DNA of 63,392 bases, counting the filler, from Rhizaria sp. SCN 62-66 (lineage: Eukaryota): the NCBI GenBank assembly GCA_001724265.1. It is 3 parts of 3 records of this genome, joined end to end, with 100 filler letters (N's around TTAATTAATTAA, not from the genome) between each part and the next. Parts side by side here need not be neighbours in the genome. Positions count along the whole stretch, not along the records: positions 1 to 27,182 come from MEDY01000662.1; 2 more parts are not named here. One strand, given 5' to 3'. This document shows, in pieces, positions 12,001 through 22,557 of this stretch; the first letter of the stretch is position 1, and every line of letters begins with the position of its first letter. The position numbers and the translations under genes are program-made. The notes beneath the pieces are model-generated. The model was not told where the DNA came from. It was given only the letters and a program-made list of their open reading frames with translations, and made no database searches.

Positions 12001-14362
12001 GCGGCGTCGGCGGGGGCTGTGTGGAGCACGCAGCGGGCGGCGGCGAGGCGCTGCGCGGCCGGGAGCGCATCGAGCGCGTCGTCAGTCGCGAACAGCACCG
12101 CCGAGGCCACGGCCGCGGGCAGTGGCACGGCGCGCATGGCCGACGCCCCGGTGGCGGCGAGTGCGGCCGCGGCGGCGGGCGCGGCCAACTCGGCGGGCAG
12201 GTCGCAGGCGCGCGTGCCGTGCAGTGCAGCCGCGGCGGCGACCACGGACGCCGCCGTAGGCGCGAACGCGACGACCGCGGCGGCCTCGTGCGCGCGCCGC
12301 CACTGAGGGCCGTCAGCCTTGCTCGGCGCTGCGGCCGCAGGCGCAGGCGCAGGTGCAGGTGCAGTCGCGGGGGCAGAGCCGGGGCCGGCAGCGGGCGCAG
12401 GGACAGGGACCACCGTGGCAGCAGCAGTGGAGGCGGCGGTAGCGGCATTAGCGGCGGCGTCCTTGGCCTCGAGCTCGGCGGCGGCGGCGGCGGCGCGGCG
12501 GGCACGGTAGAGCGCGCGCTGGTCCAGGGAGAGCGCCGCGTAGTCGGTCAGCGAGAGGTCCGCGTCGGCCTCGGCGCCGGCGGGCACCAGTGCAGTGCTG
12601 CTGCTGGTGGTGGTGCTCTCAGTTGCGGCGGGGGCGGGGGCGCCGAGGTCGGTGAGGTAGTCGTCGAGCGACTTGGGTCCGCTGGCCGCCGTCTTCTGCG
12701 GCGCGGAGTCGGCGCTGACCGCCTTGACTCTCGCGCCAGAGCTCGCAGCGGGGGCAGGCGTGTTGGGGATCTCGTACTCCTCGCGGAGCATCTGCTGGAT
12801 GGCCTCGTTGGGGTGCGACGTCACGTCGCGGCGGTAGTCCTCGACCGTGTAGGGCGCGAGCTGCTGGCGGCGGAGCTCGCCCGCGGTCCGGAGCTGCGTG
12901 CGCACGGCCTCGGCCACGTCAGCGGCCGTCACCGCGGGCAGCGGCCGGCGCTGCACGAAGACGCGCTGCATCTTGGCGGCCACGAAGTCGATCTCCTCCT
13001 TGGTGGGGCCCTTCCAGCCCGAGGGGCCGCCGCGGCGCAGCGTCGCGGGCGCGGGCGTCACACCGCCCGCCGCGCGCACGGCCGTGGCCAGCGCGGCGGC
13101 CTGCTCCTCGGTGTCGCGGCGCAGGTCGTTGCCCAGCAGCAGCGTCGCCAGCTCCTCCTCCTCAGCCTCGGCCAGCGCCACCTCCTCGGGGCCGCGGACA
13201 GGCTTCGGCGCCGGCGGCTGCGGCTGGCCCTGCGCGGCGGCCATCTGCGCCTGTTGCTTCGCCTGCTGCTTCGCCGCGCGCTCGCCCTCGAGCACGATGC
13301 GCTCGACCTGCGGCGACATGAGGTAGTCAAGCCCGGCCAGCGCCTCGGCGTCGGCCGCCATGTCGGCGACGCGCGCGCGGCGCAGGCGGCGGGCCGCCGT
13401 CACGCGCGCGCGGCGCGCGGCCTGCGCGCGCACCAGTGCCGCAATCTCGCCCGCGTCCTCGGCCGCGGAGGCCGGCAGCGCGGCGGCCGCGGCGAAGGCG
13501 GCCGCGGAGGCCGCGGCGGCGGCCTCAGCGTCTGCGCCGGCGACCGAGGCCGAGGCGGCGGCGGACACGGCGGCAGCCTCGGGCGCGGGGATGTTGTCCA
13601 GTGCAACGGCCGTGGCGCGCGCAATGTGCTCGCGGGCGCTGGGCACGGCGGCACGGATGCGGGCCGCCACGGCCACCGCGGCCGCAGCGGCGGCGTCAGC
13701 GGCCTTGGCCTCGGCCGCAGCGGCGTCGGCGGCGGCAGCGTCGGCGGCGGCGGCGGCAGTGTCCGCCATGTCCAGCGTGGACGTCGCGGGGTTCGCAGAG
13801 GCCTGCGCGGCGGCGGTCATGTCGTCGGCGGCAGCGGCGGCGGCCACGAGGAGGTGCGCCGCGGTGGCGTGGTTGGCGTGGGTGAGCGCACGACGGCGCT
13901 CGGCGGCGCGCAGCAGTTGGCGCGCCTTGAGCGCCTGCAGCTCGCGGGCGTCAATGGCGTCGAGCTCGGCCTTGTCCTTGTCCGAAAACGTCTTCCAGAA
14001 CGTACGGGGAAGTTCAAGGGCGTCGAGCGCAGACTGTGAGGCCCAGGAGCGGAGGTCTTTGGGGTCGGCGAACTCCTCGATGCGTTCCGCTGCAGCGGCG
14101 CGGGTGGCATCTTTGAAGCGCAGAACGCGCACAAGGCTGGCTACAACTGCTGCAACGGCAAAGCTAAGATGGGGCAAAAGGCGAACAATGTGCGAGCATA
14201 AGCAGAAGGTATCAGGAATACGCACAGAACGTGGCTCGGACATCCGACAGTGGTATCAGGTCAGTTAGAAAAAGGTCAGGTTGGAAAGATATAAAAACAG
14301 AGGTATGCTTATTGATTGAAAACGTACCCGCCAGCGGTCAAAGCTACCTCTCCACTTTGCAT
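1..14362 (-). CDS. Giant Ala/Glu/Asp-rich hypothetical protein (>=4,678 aa, 3' end beyond window) with N-terminal hydrophobic anchor; exons 14362-14328, 14163-11403, 11238-<1
   Basis: ATG at 14362 and two phase-compatible GT-AG introns give MQSGEVALTAGG/FAVAAVVASLVRVLRFKD...EPYQ/VVPPEAVAAQAYG... The last exon translates without a stop from 11238 to base 1 (...GIIAAIDTLSAATGGVFPAS), and the ORF track lists no stop-terminated ORF in that frame. Codons end mostly in G/C. No domain recognised. Confidence 0.85.
11239..11402 (-). other. Spliceosomal intron, GT-AG, 164 nt, phase 0
   Basis: AT-rich island within GC-rich coding DNA; minus strand reads CAG|GTGCGT...TTTTCTTGTCTTTTTTTGTGATCTACTCTAG|GTC. 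Removing it joins two long open frames. Confidence 0.92.
14164..14327 (-). other. Spliceosomal intron, GT-AG, 164 nt, phase 2
   Basis: Minus strand reads GGCGG|GTACGT...CCTTTTGCCCCATCTTAG|CTTT; it links a 35-nt ATG exon in frame to the 10980-14243 ORF frame. Confidence 0.75.
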
Positions 14363-14958
14363 CGTGTCAATTCGTCAAAGTACTTATTAACAGACGGAAT
14401 GGGGTGAATGCAACCTTTGATTCGTGCCGCACCACCCTCATCAGTTCGGTCGATGCGCGGTGCGGCCCACCACCACCGCTGGCCTCGGTTCGTAAAAAAT
14501 GTTCCTCTTGCCCAGCACGAAAGATCGTCTTTTCGACCTCCTCTAGTGTCATGCCTTGACCGTCAGTTAACATTCTGCGGGTGTATTGCGATAAAACCTG
14601 TTGTATTTGCTTTATTCGTCTTTTAATTTTCCTTGCAGCGCAAGTCTTTGACATCAAGTGCGAGGGTTTTCCAGCCCCACCACACGTCTCTTGAACCTCA
14701 TCTTATCACTTACGATTGCTCTGCACTGCCCTCTACAACGACTTCGCATTCAAATGCTGTTCTGATATCTTGTTTATATGTTTGTTTTATATTATTACGC
14801 CACGTGCTATCTGTTATATCTTGCGCTTCACAGAGAACAGCGCTCCTGTAAGGTGTACTCGAACTGTTACTCGCTCGCAATCAGCGTAACACTCTACCAC
14901 CAAGCACCCCTAGCGCGCCCGTACGGGCTACACCGCGCACAGCGCCAACTCGGCACTT
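14363..14958. promoter_or_regulatory. Divergent (head-to-head) intergenic region, probable bidirectional promoter/5' UTRs
   Basis: About 600 nt of AT-richer spacer between the predicted ATGs at 14362 (-) and 14959 (+). No specific element identified. Confidence 0.4.
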
Positions 14959-17900
14959 ATGAGCCAGTCTGCGCAAGCCTATATCCAGGCACTGGAGCAG
15001 CGCAATCGCTTGCTTCGCCGCGCCAAGGCACGTTTTATCATGCCTCATGTTTGCCTCTTGTTCACCTCATGTTCACATTACTGTCCCGCTGTTCACTCAC
15101 ACGAGCACAACGCTCTACCCTGACACTACCTATTTTGTCACGTTTTTTGCGCAGGAGCATGAGGAGAACGCGCGCATCAAGGAGCGCGAGGCGGGCTTCA
15201 GCGTGTACCTGAGCGGCGCCAACACCAACCCCGCCACAGCCTCTATCGGCTCCTCCACCGCGGCCGCCGCCAACCCCTCCGCCGCGCCGGGGCCTTACTC
15301 GCACGCCTCCGTCGCGCAGCGCTTGCGCACCCCGCAGCTGCAGCAGCAACAACAGCAGCCGCCGCCGATTGTATCGCCGTCCAAGGGCGGCCGGCCGCAG
15401 ACCTCGGTGGCCGGCGTCCCTCTCTCTGCAGCGCACGGCCATTCGCAATCCGACGCGGCGACCGCTGCTGCCGCCGCTGGCGCTGGCGGTGGCAGTGGCG
15501 CGCACGGCGGCGCGCGGCCGCACCGGCAGACGTGGGCGTCTGCCTCCCCGGCGCGGCCTAGCTTAAAGCAGGCGGGCGAGTTCGATGGCGACATGAGGGC
15601 CGTGATCGCCGCGGCTACGGCGGCGGCGGCCGCGGCGGCCGCGGCCGACGGCAGCGAGGGCGGGACTGTGGCGGGGACGGGGCTGGCGAGTCTGATCGCA
15701 GACATGTACGGCAACAACAACAGCAACGACGAAGATGACCAAGACAATGATGACGTTGATGATAACCAGGATGACGATGATCGCGATGTCAACAGCCACA
15801 ATGACGGTTACAAGTCGCCTCCGGTGAACGGCGACGCGCTTCAGTTTACGACCGTGTCTTTTGCCGACGCCGACGCCGCTTCCCCCCGCAGTCCGGGCGC
15901 TTTCGCTGTTGCGGCTGCTGCCGCTGCGAACGCCTCTGCCGCCGATGCTGAAGCGAGCCTCTCCGGCCGCGGCAGGACCAGGGACCGCGGGGCGCGCCCG
16001 CCGCGGCCGCTCACCGGCAAAGCGGCCGGCGCTGGAGCTACGCACAGTCACGACGACTGCACTATCGACGCAAACAATAACTCGGGGGCATCCATGACGG
16101 CAGACACTGCTGCTGCCGCGACAGCCCTGATGACGAAGTCGCAGAGCAAGGCGGCCAATGATGGGAGTTACGCTGGCGCTCACACGGGCGCTGACACGGG
16201 GACTTACACGGGTACTTACACCGGCGCGCTGGCTGGCGATCGTGAGCGCGGGCCTGAGCGCGACCCGAGTTTGAGCACCAGCGGCAGCTTCGCGCAGTAC
16301 TTAGACCCCAAGCACTTAGCCGAGGCCAGCAGCGCGACTGTGAGCAGCGTGCTCGCGACGGCGAAGAAGGCCAATGTAAGTGTGGGCGCGCCGGTAAGCA
16401 CCTCCGGTGTAAGGGGGCTGCGGCCCGGCGTGAGCACTGTGGCCACGGCCGGAAGCAGCAGTATTGCGCGGTCTACCCACGCCGGCGCTGCTGGTCCAGA
16501 CGACGATGGCGACGAAGACCTCTCGGCGGACTCGATGGACGATGCTGAGGATGACGACAACGACGCGGACGCCAACGATAGCTACGTTCACAATGGCGAT
16601 GCTAAGTCAGGCCGCAAGGGTGCAACCTCATCAAGCAGCAGTAACCTGAAGATCCAGCCATCTGCTCCAGGGACGAACGAAGCTGCTGCCACGGGTGCAA
16701 ATGCACAGCAGCAGCAAGCACGCGTGCAGCAAGCCTCAACTGCAGTGGCAGCGCGCGCTGCCCGCATCGCGGCGGCCGCAGCCTCTGCGTCCGCCGCCGC
16801 TGCCGCCGCTGCGGTGGCCCGGGCCAAGGTTCGGACCAGCACGACCTGGGATCCTCCCGTTAACGCCCCTATTAACGCCGCTGCCGTCTCTAACTTGCAT
16901 GCCGACGTGAATGCTAAAGGCGGTCGAAGCTCTGCAAGCGGCGCACCGCTGGATTCATCCGTTTTGTCTGCGTTTGTTTCCGCCAAGAACAAGGCTGATG
17001 GCAGCAGCAACAACACTGAGGACGGGGATGGCGACGACAAAGACAAGGCAAAGACCGGTGAGACCCTGAACGACGACGACGCAGCTATTGTGGCCGAGGC
17101 CGCGGCCGAGGCCGCGGCCGAGGCAGCAGCAGCAAAGGCAGCTGCAGCAGCAGCAGCGCCCTCAGGGGCAGTGGCGCCGGCTGGCGAGGCGTGGCGTGCA
17201 TCGCTGCTGCTGGGTGACGCGTCGTCGCTAGCGGCGGCGCTGGCAGCGATGCAGACGGGCCGGCAGTCCAAGTCGCAGTCGCAACAGAGTGGAGAGAAGC
17301 CAGAGAAGGCGGAGAAGCCGGCCCCTGTTGTGAAGCGCGCGGCACAGTCGCAGTCGCGCACGCGGCCGCGGCCGCAGTGGTGCGCAGACACCAGCACAAG
17401 CACGAGCTCAAACGCTAACACTAATAATGGCACCAGCGCGGATGCAAGCTTGGTTGAGGCCACCAGCAATGGTGCTGAAGTAAGCCCTGCTGCTGTAAGC
17501 CCTCCTCTCCCTGTCAACGCTCTTACCACCGCGAATACTCGCTCCAGCTCTAGCGCCGCCCTTGGTGCTGCGAGCGCTGATGGTGATGTGACTATGCTGC
17601 TCGACCCGTGGGAGGCCGCCCTCATCTCGCGCATCCGTGCTCTCCGCACCAAGGCCAACAGCGTCCCCGCCCCCGCCCCCGACTCTGACTCAGGCTCCGG
17701 CGCGACTGCAAGCACGGCCGTGGGCCAGAACAGTGTTGTGGAGCGGACGATGGACGCGGTGCTGTCGCGGCTTGAGACGCGCGTTGAGGCGCGGCTGCTC
17801 ATTAACACTCCGAGAACAGCTGCGGGACTGCTTGCTACGACAACTACTGCACCGGTGGCAACTTCGCAATCGAACCTTCGTAGCGCTGGTGCCGACGGCC

Positions 17901-18574
17901 ACACTGCGGCTGCCACTGCGACGACAACGACTGCCACGGCTGCTGCTGCTGCTGCTTCCCTCGCTGGGCACGTCGACTATGACTCGGGCCGGTCGCCCCC
18001 CGCGCCGGCGCCGGCGCGCGTGCCCTCCCGCGTTCGGCCCGTCGCCGCAGACGCCCATGTCGCCGCCAACACGGATGCCCACACTGACGCGGGTCCGAAC
18101 CCTGCCCATAGCCAGTCGCTGTCGCAGCTTTTTGACGTCAGCGCAACTGTGCGTGCGCACCACAACGCTACCGCGGCGGCACACAGTACCGGCGGCAACA
18201 ACGTGAGCGCGGCGAGCAACGGCAACGGCAACGGCAGAGGCAGCTTCGGTCAGAACACCAGCGAGTCAGTCACGTTTAGGAGCGGCGGCAGCGGCTTCTA
18301 TGTACCCCTGAACCCGCCTGTCGCCGACTCTCGCGATAACACTGGGAATGCGACCTCTGGTGTGGTGGCGAGCAATGCGGGCGCGAGCGCTGAGCCAGCC
18401 GGGGAGCACTACGGCGACATGAATCGAGCCACCACCGGTGTTGACGGCTCTGGTATCGCCGCTGCTGCAGCTAATGCTGCTGAGGTCGGCGGGCCGGGGT
18501 GGGGACGCGCCAAGATGGCGGCTTATATTCGAGACAAGGACTTGAAGCGCTCGCAGCAGCATGTGCCGCAGCCT

Positions 18575-18613
<39 letters not shown>

Positions 18614-19552
18614 AAACAGCAACAGGTGTACCCATTTCCGTTGCAACAGCAGCAACAGCAGCCAGTCAACATGAGCTCACCTCAGCAGCAGCAGCAGCAG
18701 AAGCCCAGGCAGCAGCAGTCGTCGGCGTCGCTGCCGCCATTCGCTTGGCTTGAGCCCGAGCCCGCTCCCCCCGCTGCCCACGGTCAACATCAACATCATC
18801 AACATCAGCAACAGCAGCAACAACAAGGTGGGTACTTTAGCGACGCCATCGCTGCGACACCTGTGGCAGGCTACAACAACAGCAGCAACGCTAATGCTGC
18901 GTTTCACTCGAATCCCCCGTACGCGCAGCACACGTTGCCCCAGTACCCGCAGCCGCAGCAACAGCAGCAACACCTCGGCGCCCACCACCAGCAGCAACAG
19001 CAGCAACAGGTGTTGCAGCATTACCTGCAGCAGCAGCTCCTTCTTTCGCACGGCGCGCCCGCACCGAACGCCAACGCGGTCAACAACACGAATCTGACCG
19101 CGAGCTCGGATCACGCGGGCGCGAACCTGAACAACAACAGCAGTGCTGGTGGGGGTGTACACGCGAGCGCGAGTGCAGGTGACGCTGGCGCAGGCGTGCT
19201 GCCAGTGCGCCTGCGCCGTCCCCCCAGCGCGGGCCGCCGCGCGGCCCCCAACGCGGCGCCCGCGCCAGTGCACGCCGACAGCGCGGGCAACGAAAACCCC
19301 AACACAAGCTTCAACAGTGGCCTTGAATCCGGTGCACTTGCGGCGACTGTGGCCGCGCCCGCGAATGGCGCACCGCCCGTGGTCGCAGCGTCTGCACCGG
19401 GGGCGGCGGGTCGGTCCAAGTGGGGCCGGCCGCGCGCGCTGCCGGTCGTCGCAGGCAGCGGCAACGGCGGCAACAGCGGCAATGGCAGTGCTGGAGGGGA
19501 GTCGGCTGGTATCAGCGACAGTAACACTGGAGGAGGTACGGGCTTTATGTAA
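14959..19552 (+). CDS. Low-complexity protein (~1,488 aa) with KATNIP/KIAA0556-like N-terminal motif; exons 14959-15027, 15155-19552
   Basis: Spliced N-terminus MSQSAQAYIQALEQRNRLLRRAK/EHEENARIKEREAGFSVYLSGAN resembles the KATNIP N-terminal motif as I recall it (Y..LLQQRNRIL...LEQGFSVYVNGAN). The rest is Ala/Ser/Asn/Gln-rich and looks disordered. Ends in TAA, followed by an AT-rich spacer. Confidence 0.8.
15028..15154 (+). other. Non-canonical GC-AG intron, 127 nt, phase 0
   Basis: AAG|GCACGTTTT...TATTTTGTCACGTTTTTTGCGCAG|GAG. The donor matches the GTACGTTTT donor at 14327 except at +2, and this junction makes the conserved motif contiguous. Confidence 0.7.
18575..19040 (+). repeat. Clustered CAG/CAA repeats encoding polyglutamine tracts
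   Basis: A Q13 run at 18575-18613 plus several shorter Q/H runs inside the CDS. Confidence 0.9.
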
Positions 19553-19823
19553 GCTCTGGCATGTCCCCAATCAGAATATATTGATGTAAATAGCACGTGA
19601 TTATTTAGTTTCTCGATATAAATTGAATACAACTCATGATTAGATTCAACAGCAACTCATAATGCTCATTAGTCGCTCAAAGTAAAATGGAATTGTTGTA
19701 ACATGACTTAGTCGAAAAATTGCGTGAAAAAGCTAGATAATCAGTGTATATCGTTTGGATTCAAATCGAATTTCATCGTCCAATTGTTACTCAAAGCCCC
19801 AGGAGTTGTGTTGATTGTCGCAT

Positions 19824-21977
19824 TCAGTCGTCGTCGCTCAGTAGCGCCATGCCGTCCCACTGCTGCTGCAGCGCGTCCATTGAGGCGTCAAGGTCCTCCG
19901 TGCCCGCCAGCCCCCTGAAGCTGCCCGCTGCGCCCGCAGCGTGCCCCGCGCCGCCGCGGCCTGATGTGGGCACTCTAGGCGAAGGGCCGAACCGGTCGCC
20001 GGGTCGCGGGCCGTAGCGCGGAGTGAAGCCAGATCCAGAGCCAGAGCCGAAGCCGGGACCTGCGAGCCCGGGGCCGGCGCTGGCGCCGCTGGCCGGGAGC
20101 GACTGCAACACCGATGCGGCCTCGGCGAACAGGCGCGCAGTGCCGGGCCTGTCGTCGCTATCGTCCGCACCGCCTTTAGTAACGGCAGAAGCCACGCTGG
20201 AGTTGAACTGTGGCCGGGCCTGGGATAAGTTAAGCCGGGGCACGCCGCGGTTGCTGGCGCGATGCGTCGACGAAGACACGCCGGTGAGCACAAGCAACGG
20301 CAACTGCAGCCCGGCGACGCTGCTGCTGCTGCTCGCGGCCGTCGCGACGCTGTTGCCTCTTGCGCTCGCAGGGGCGGCGTTCACGTTGCGCTCGCTAGCA
20401 GTGATGTTGTTGCTGTTGTTGCGCGTGAAACCGCTGTGGTTGTTACTGGTACTGCGGTTGCGCATGCTCAAAGTGTCTGCGGTGCGGCCAGTTGACCGGG
20501 CAGAGAGGGATCCCGCGTCGTTACTGGCGTCGCTCCCGTCAAAGCTGCGTGAGGTGTCATCGCCCAGTGAACTAGCACTCGCGCTCGCTGCAGGGTGAAG
20601 GCCGCTGTGCTGCCTGCTTGACAGGGCGGTCGGAGCCTGCGCCACAGCTCTGCCGCCGGGGCGCCCACTGGGCGGGATCGCGGCGGCGGCGGCAGCCACA
20701 GCGGCGGCGGCAGTGACGGCGGCGACGGATTGCTGCACCAGAGCGTCTGCGTCGATCTCGAGCGCATCCCCTGACCCGCGGCCCTGCTCCGCCGCGTGGC
20801 CCCCGCCGCCGTCGCCGTAGTGACGAGGCAGGGGATTCGAAAGCATAGACGACGACTGCGGCATGGCGCGGAAGCGCGTCCTAGCGGCGCGCAGCGGGTC
20901 GAGCGAGAACGTGCCTTTGCCAGCACTCGGCAGTACGGTGCCCTGCTGCTGTAGCTGCTGTTGTTGCAGCGACTGCTGCTGTTGCTGTTGCTGCTGTTGC
21001 TGTGATGGCGGATCAAACTGAGACTCTAATCGCGACTCCCGCAAACCGCGCTGGTGTTGCTGCTCCAGCCCTGGTTGGGGCTGCGCGGGCGGCCCTTGTA
21101 GCTGTGCCCGCGACTGTGACTCCGCTAATTGTGGCCGCGACGGCGACTGCTCTAGCGCCCACACCCGCCGCATGCGCTCCACGCGGTCCCGCCTCGCCTT
21201 GGCCATCACAGCCGGGTCCGCAACCACGAACGCGGCGCGCAGCTGCTCGCGGTCCTTGAGCGACAGCGGCCGCGGCGCCGGCGCCGGCTTGGGCACTTGC
21301 AGCGCCGCAGCGAGCGCCGCAGGCGGCAGCGCGATCAGGTTCGTCAGCGGCGCAGGGACGGCGGCCACCGCGGCACCGGCGCTCACGACGCCGGCATCGC
21401 TGCCGTCGGTGTCGCGGCTACTGCTTGGGTTAGTGGCCGCATTGTTGTTGTTCAGTGTGTTGTTGAAGTTGGTGCTGCTGCTGTTGTTTCGCGCCGCGTC
21501 TGCGACCTGGTGGAGCCGCCAGTCTTGCCACGCGCCCAAATACTGCCTGCGGGGCGCGCGCGCGGGAACAAGGATAAACGGTCGCACCGTCGCTGGCGGC
21601 TGCTGCTGTTGCTGCTGCTGGGCCTCGCTCTGCAGCGCGGCAGTGCCGTTGTACGCACTGTTACCATTGTACGAGGCCGAGTTCACGTGTGACTGTGACT
21701 GTGCTGGGTGGGCGCGGGCAAGCTGGGCCGCGGACTGCGCGGGCGTAAGCTGTTGCGGGCCGTAGGGAGACGCCCCTGGTGCGCGGCTGTGCGCCGACGG
21801 GAGCGCGGGGAGGCGCGGGACCGACGGCGACGGCGACAACTGCAAGTGTGACACCGGCGCGGGCGCAGGGCCCGTGGGGGCAGAGAGAGTGGCCTCGCTC
21901 GCACCGTGCGAGTGCCGGCGCAGGGCTGGAAGACGCTCAAAGCTCGAGGTGCTGGAAGTCAGTGGAGAGCTTAGCAT
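19824..21977 (-). CDS. Hypothetical low-complexity protein (~717 aa) with polyQ tracts
   Basis: Long GC-rich ORF bounded by AT-rich DNA. First in-frame ATG is at 21977 (the track start at 22016 is GTG); stop TGA at 19826-19824. PolyQ near 20943-21002. An upstream exon cannot be excluded. Confidence 0.75.
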   Translation of the reverse strand: MLSSPLTSSTSSFERLPALRRHSHGASEATLSAPTGPAPAPVSHLQLSPSPSVPRLPALPSAHSRAPGASPYGPQQLTPAQSAAQLARAHPAQSQSHVNSASYNGNSAYNGTAALQSEAQQQQQQQPPATVRPFILVPARAPRRQYLGAWQDWRLHQVADAARNNSSSTNFNNTLNNNNAATNPSSSRDTDGSDAGVVSAGAAVAAVPAPLTNLIALPPAALAAALQVPKPAPAPRPLSLKDREQLRAAFVVADPAVMAKARRDRVERMRRVWALEQSPSRPQLAESQSRAQLQGPPAQPQPGLEQQHQRGLRESRLESQFDPPSQQQQQQQQQQSLQQQQLQQQGTVLPSAGKGTFSLDPLRAARTRFRAMPQSSSMLSNPLPRHYGDGGGGHAAEQGRGSGDALEIDADALVQQSVAAVTAAAAVAAAAAAIPPSGRPGGRAVAQAPTALSSRQHSGLHPAASASASSLGDDTSRSFDGSDASNDAGSLSARSTGRTADTLSMRNRSTSNNHSGFTRNNSNNITASERNVNAAPASARGNSVATAASSSSSVAGLQLPLLVLTGVSSSTHRASNRGVPRLNLSQARPQFNSSVASAVTKGGADDSDDRPGTARLFAEAASVLQSLPASGASAGPGLAGPGFGSGSGSGFTPRYGPRPGDRFGPSPRVPTSGRGGAGHAAGAAGSFRGLAGTEDLDASMDALQQQWDGMALLSDDD

Positions 21978-22557
21978 CGAGTGTGGCAGGTGCTCAAGAG
22001 GGTGTGATGCATACACTGGAGCCGTTATTGGAAAGAGTGAAGTTCAGGAGGTGTGTACAGAGGTGAGATCACGCTTCTGGAAGTAATAATTAAAGGGCAT
22101 ATAAAACAAAGAGGTTGTAACTAGTGGGTTGTCTCATCTAGTTGCTGACGGAAATCTCATGCTACTGCTGGGTGTTTTTTTAATGCAAAGTCGAAGAGTC
22201 TGGAACTAGACGGACCGAAAAAATCTTGGACGCAGATAGCCGAACCGCTGAGCCCGAGGCTGTCTTTCCTTCGGCTGCACGACCTCAACTCAACGTGAAT
22301 AGCAATCAAAGTGTAGTTTGGTAGTATTATATCTTTTAAAATAACATATTGTAAAACTGAATGTAAAACTAAGGTCATACTGACCATGTATCATGCACTG
22401 TTGTGCACCTGGTCGGACCGGCAGATCGCTAACACAACTTCCCGCTGCCTTCCTTGCTCTGTCTCGCTCCCGTAAAGTTTAGCGCAAAGCAAACTCCGTC
22501 AAGAACTTTCTCCCTTGACAAATCACTTGCTTATAGCTTTATACTTACGCGCTCGCG
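21978..22557. promoter_or_regulatory. Divergent intergenic region, probable bidirectional promoter/5' UTRs
   Basis: About 580 nt of AT-rich spacer between head-to-head genes. Confidence 0.4.

Noticed and set aside
10980-14243. 1,087-aa ORF taken as a complete gene
   Set aside because: It starts inside predicted intron 1 and reads through AT-rich intron 2 into a wrong frame; the spliced model fits composition better.
23-14268. Long plus-strand ORFs (538, 539, 1171, 962, 873, 859 aa etc.)
   Set aside because: Antisense shadows of the minus-strand gene. GC-rich codon usage suppresses stops, and the products are Ala/Ser or Arg/Gly repeats with no motifs.
15047-15154. N-terminus MFASCSPHVH... 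of the 1,501-aa ORF
   Set aside because: Pyrimidine-rich intronic sequence ending in a clear acceptor (TTTTTTGCGCAG).
16182-16229. 12-nt imperfect tandem repeat (HTGA-DTGT-YTGT-YTGA)
   Set aside because: An ordinary coding slippage repeat with no spacers; not CRISPR-like.
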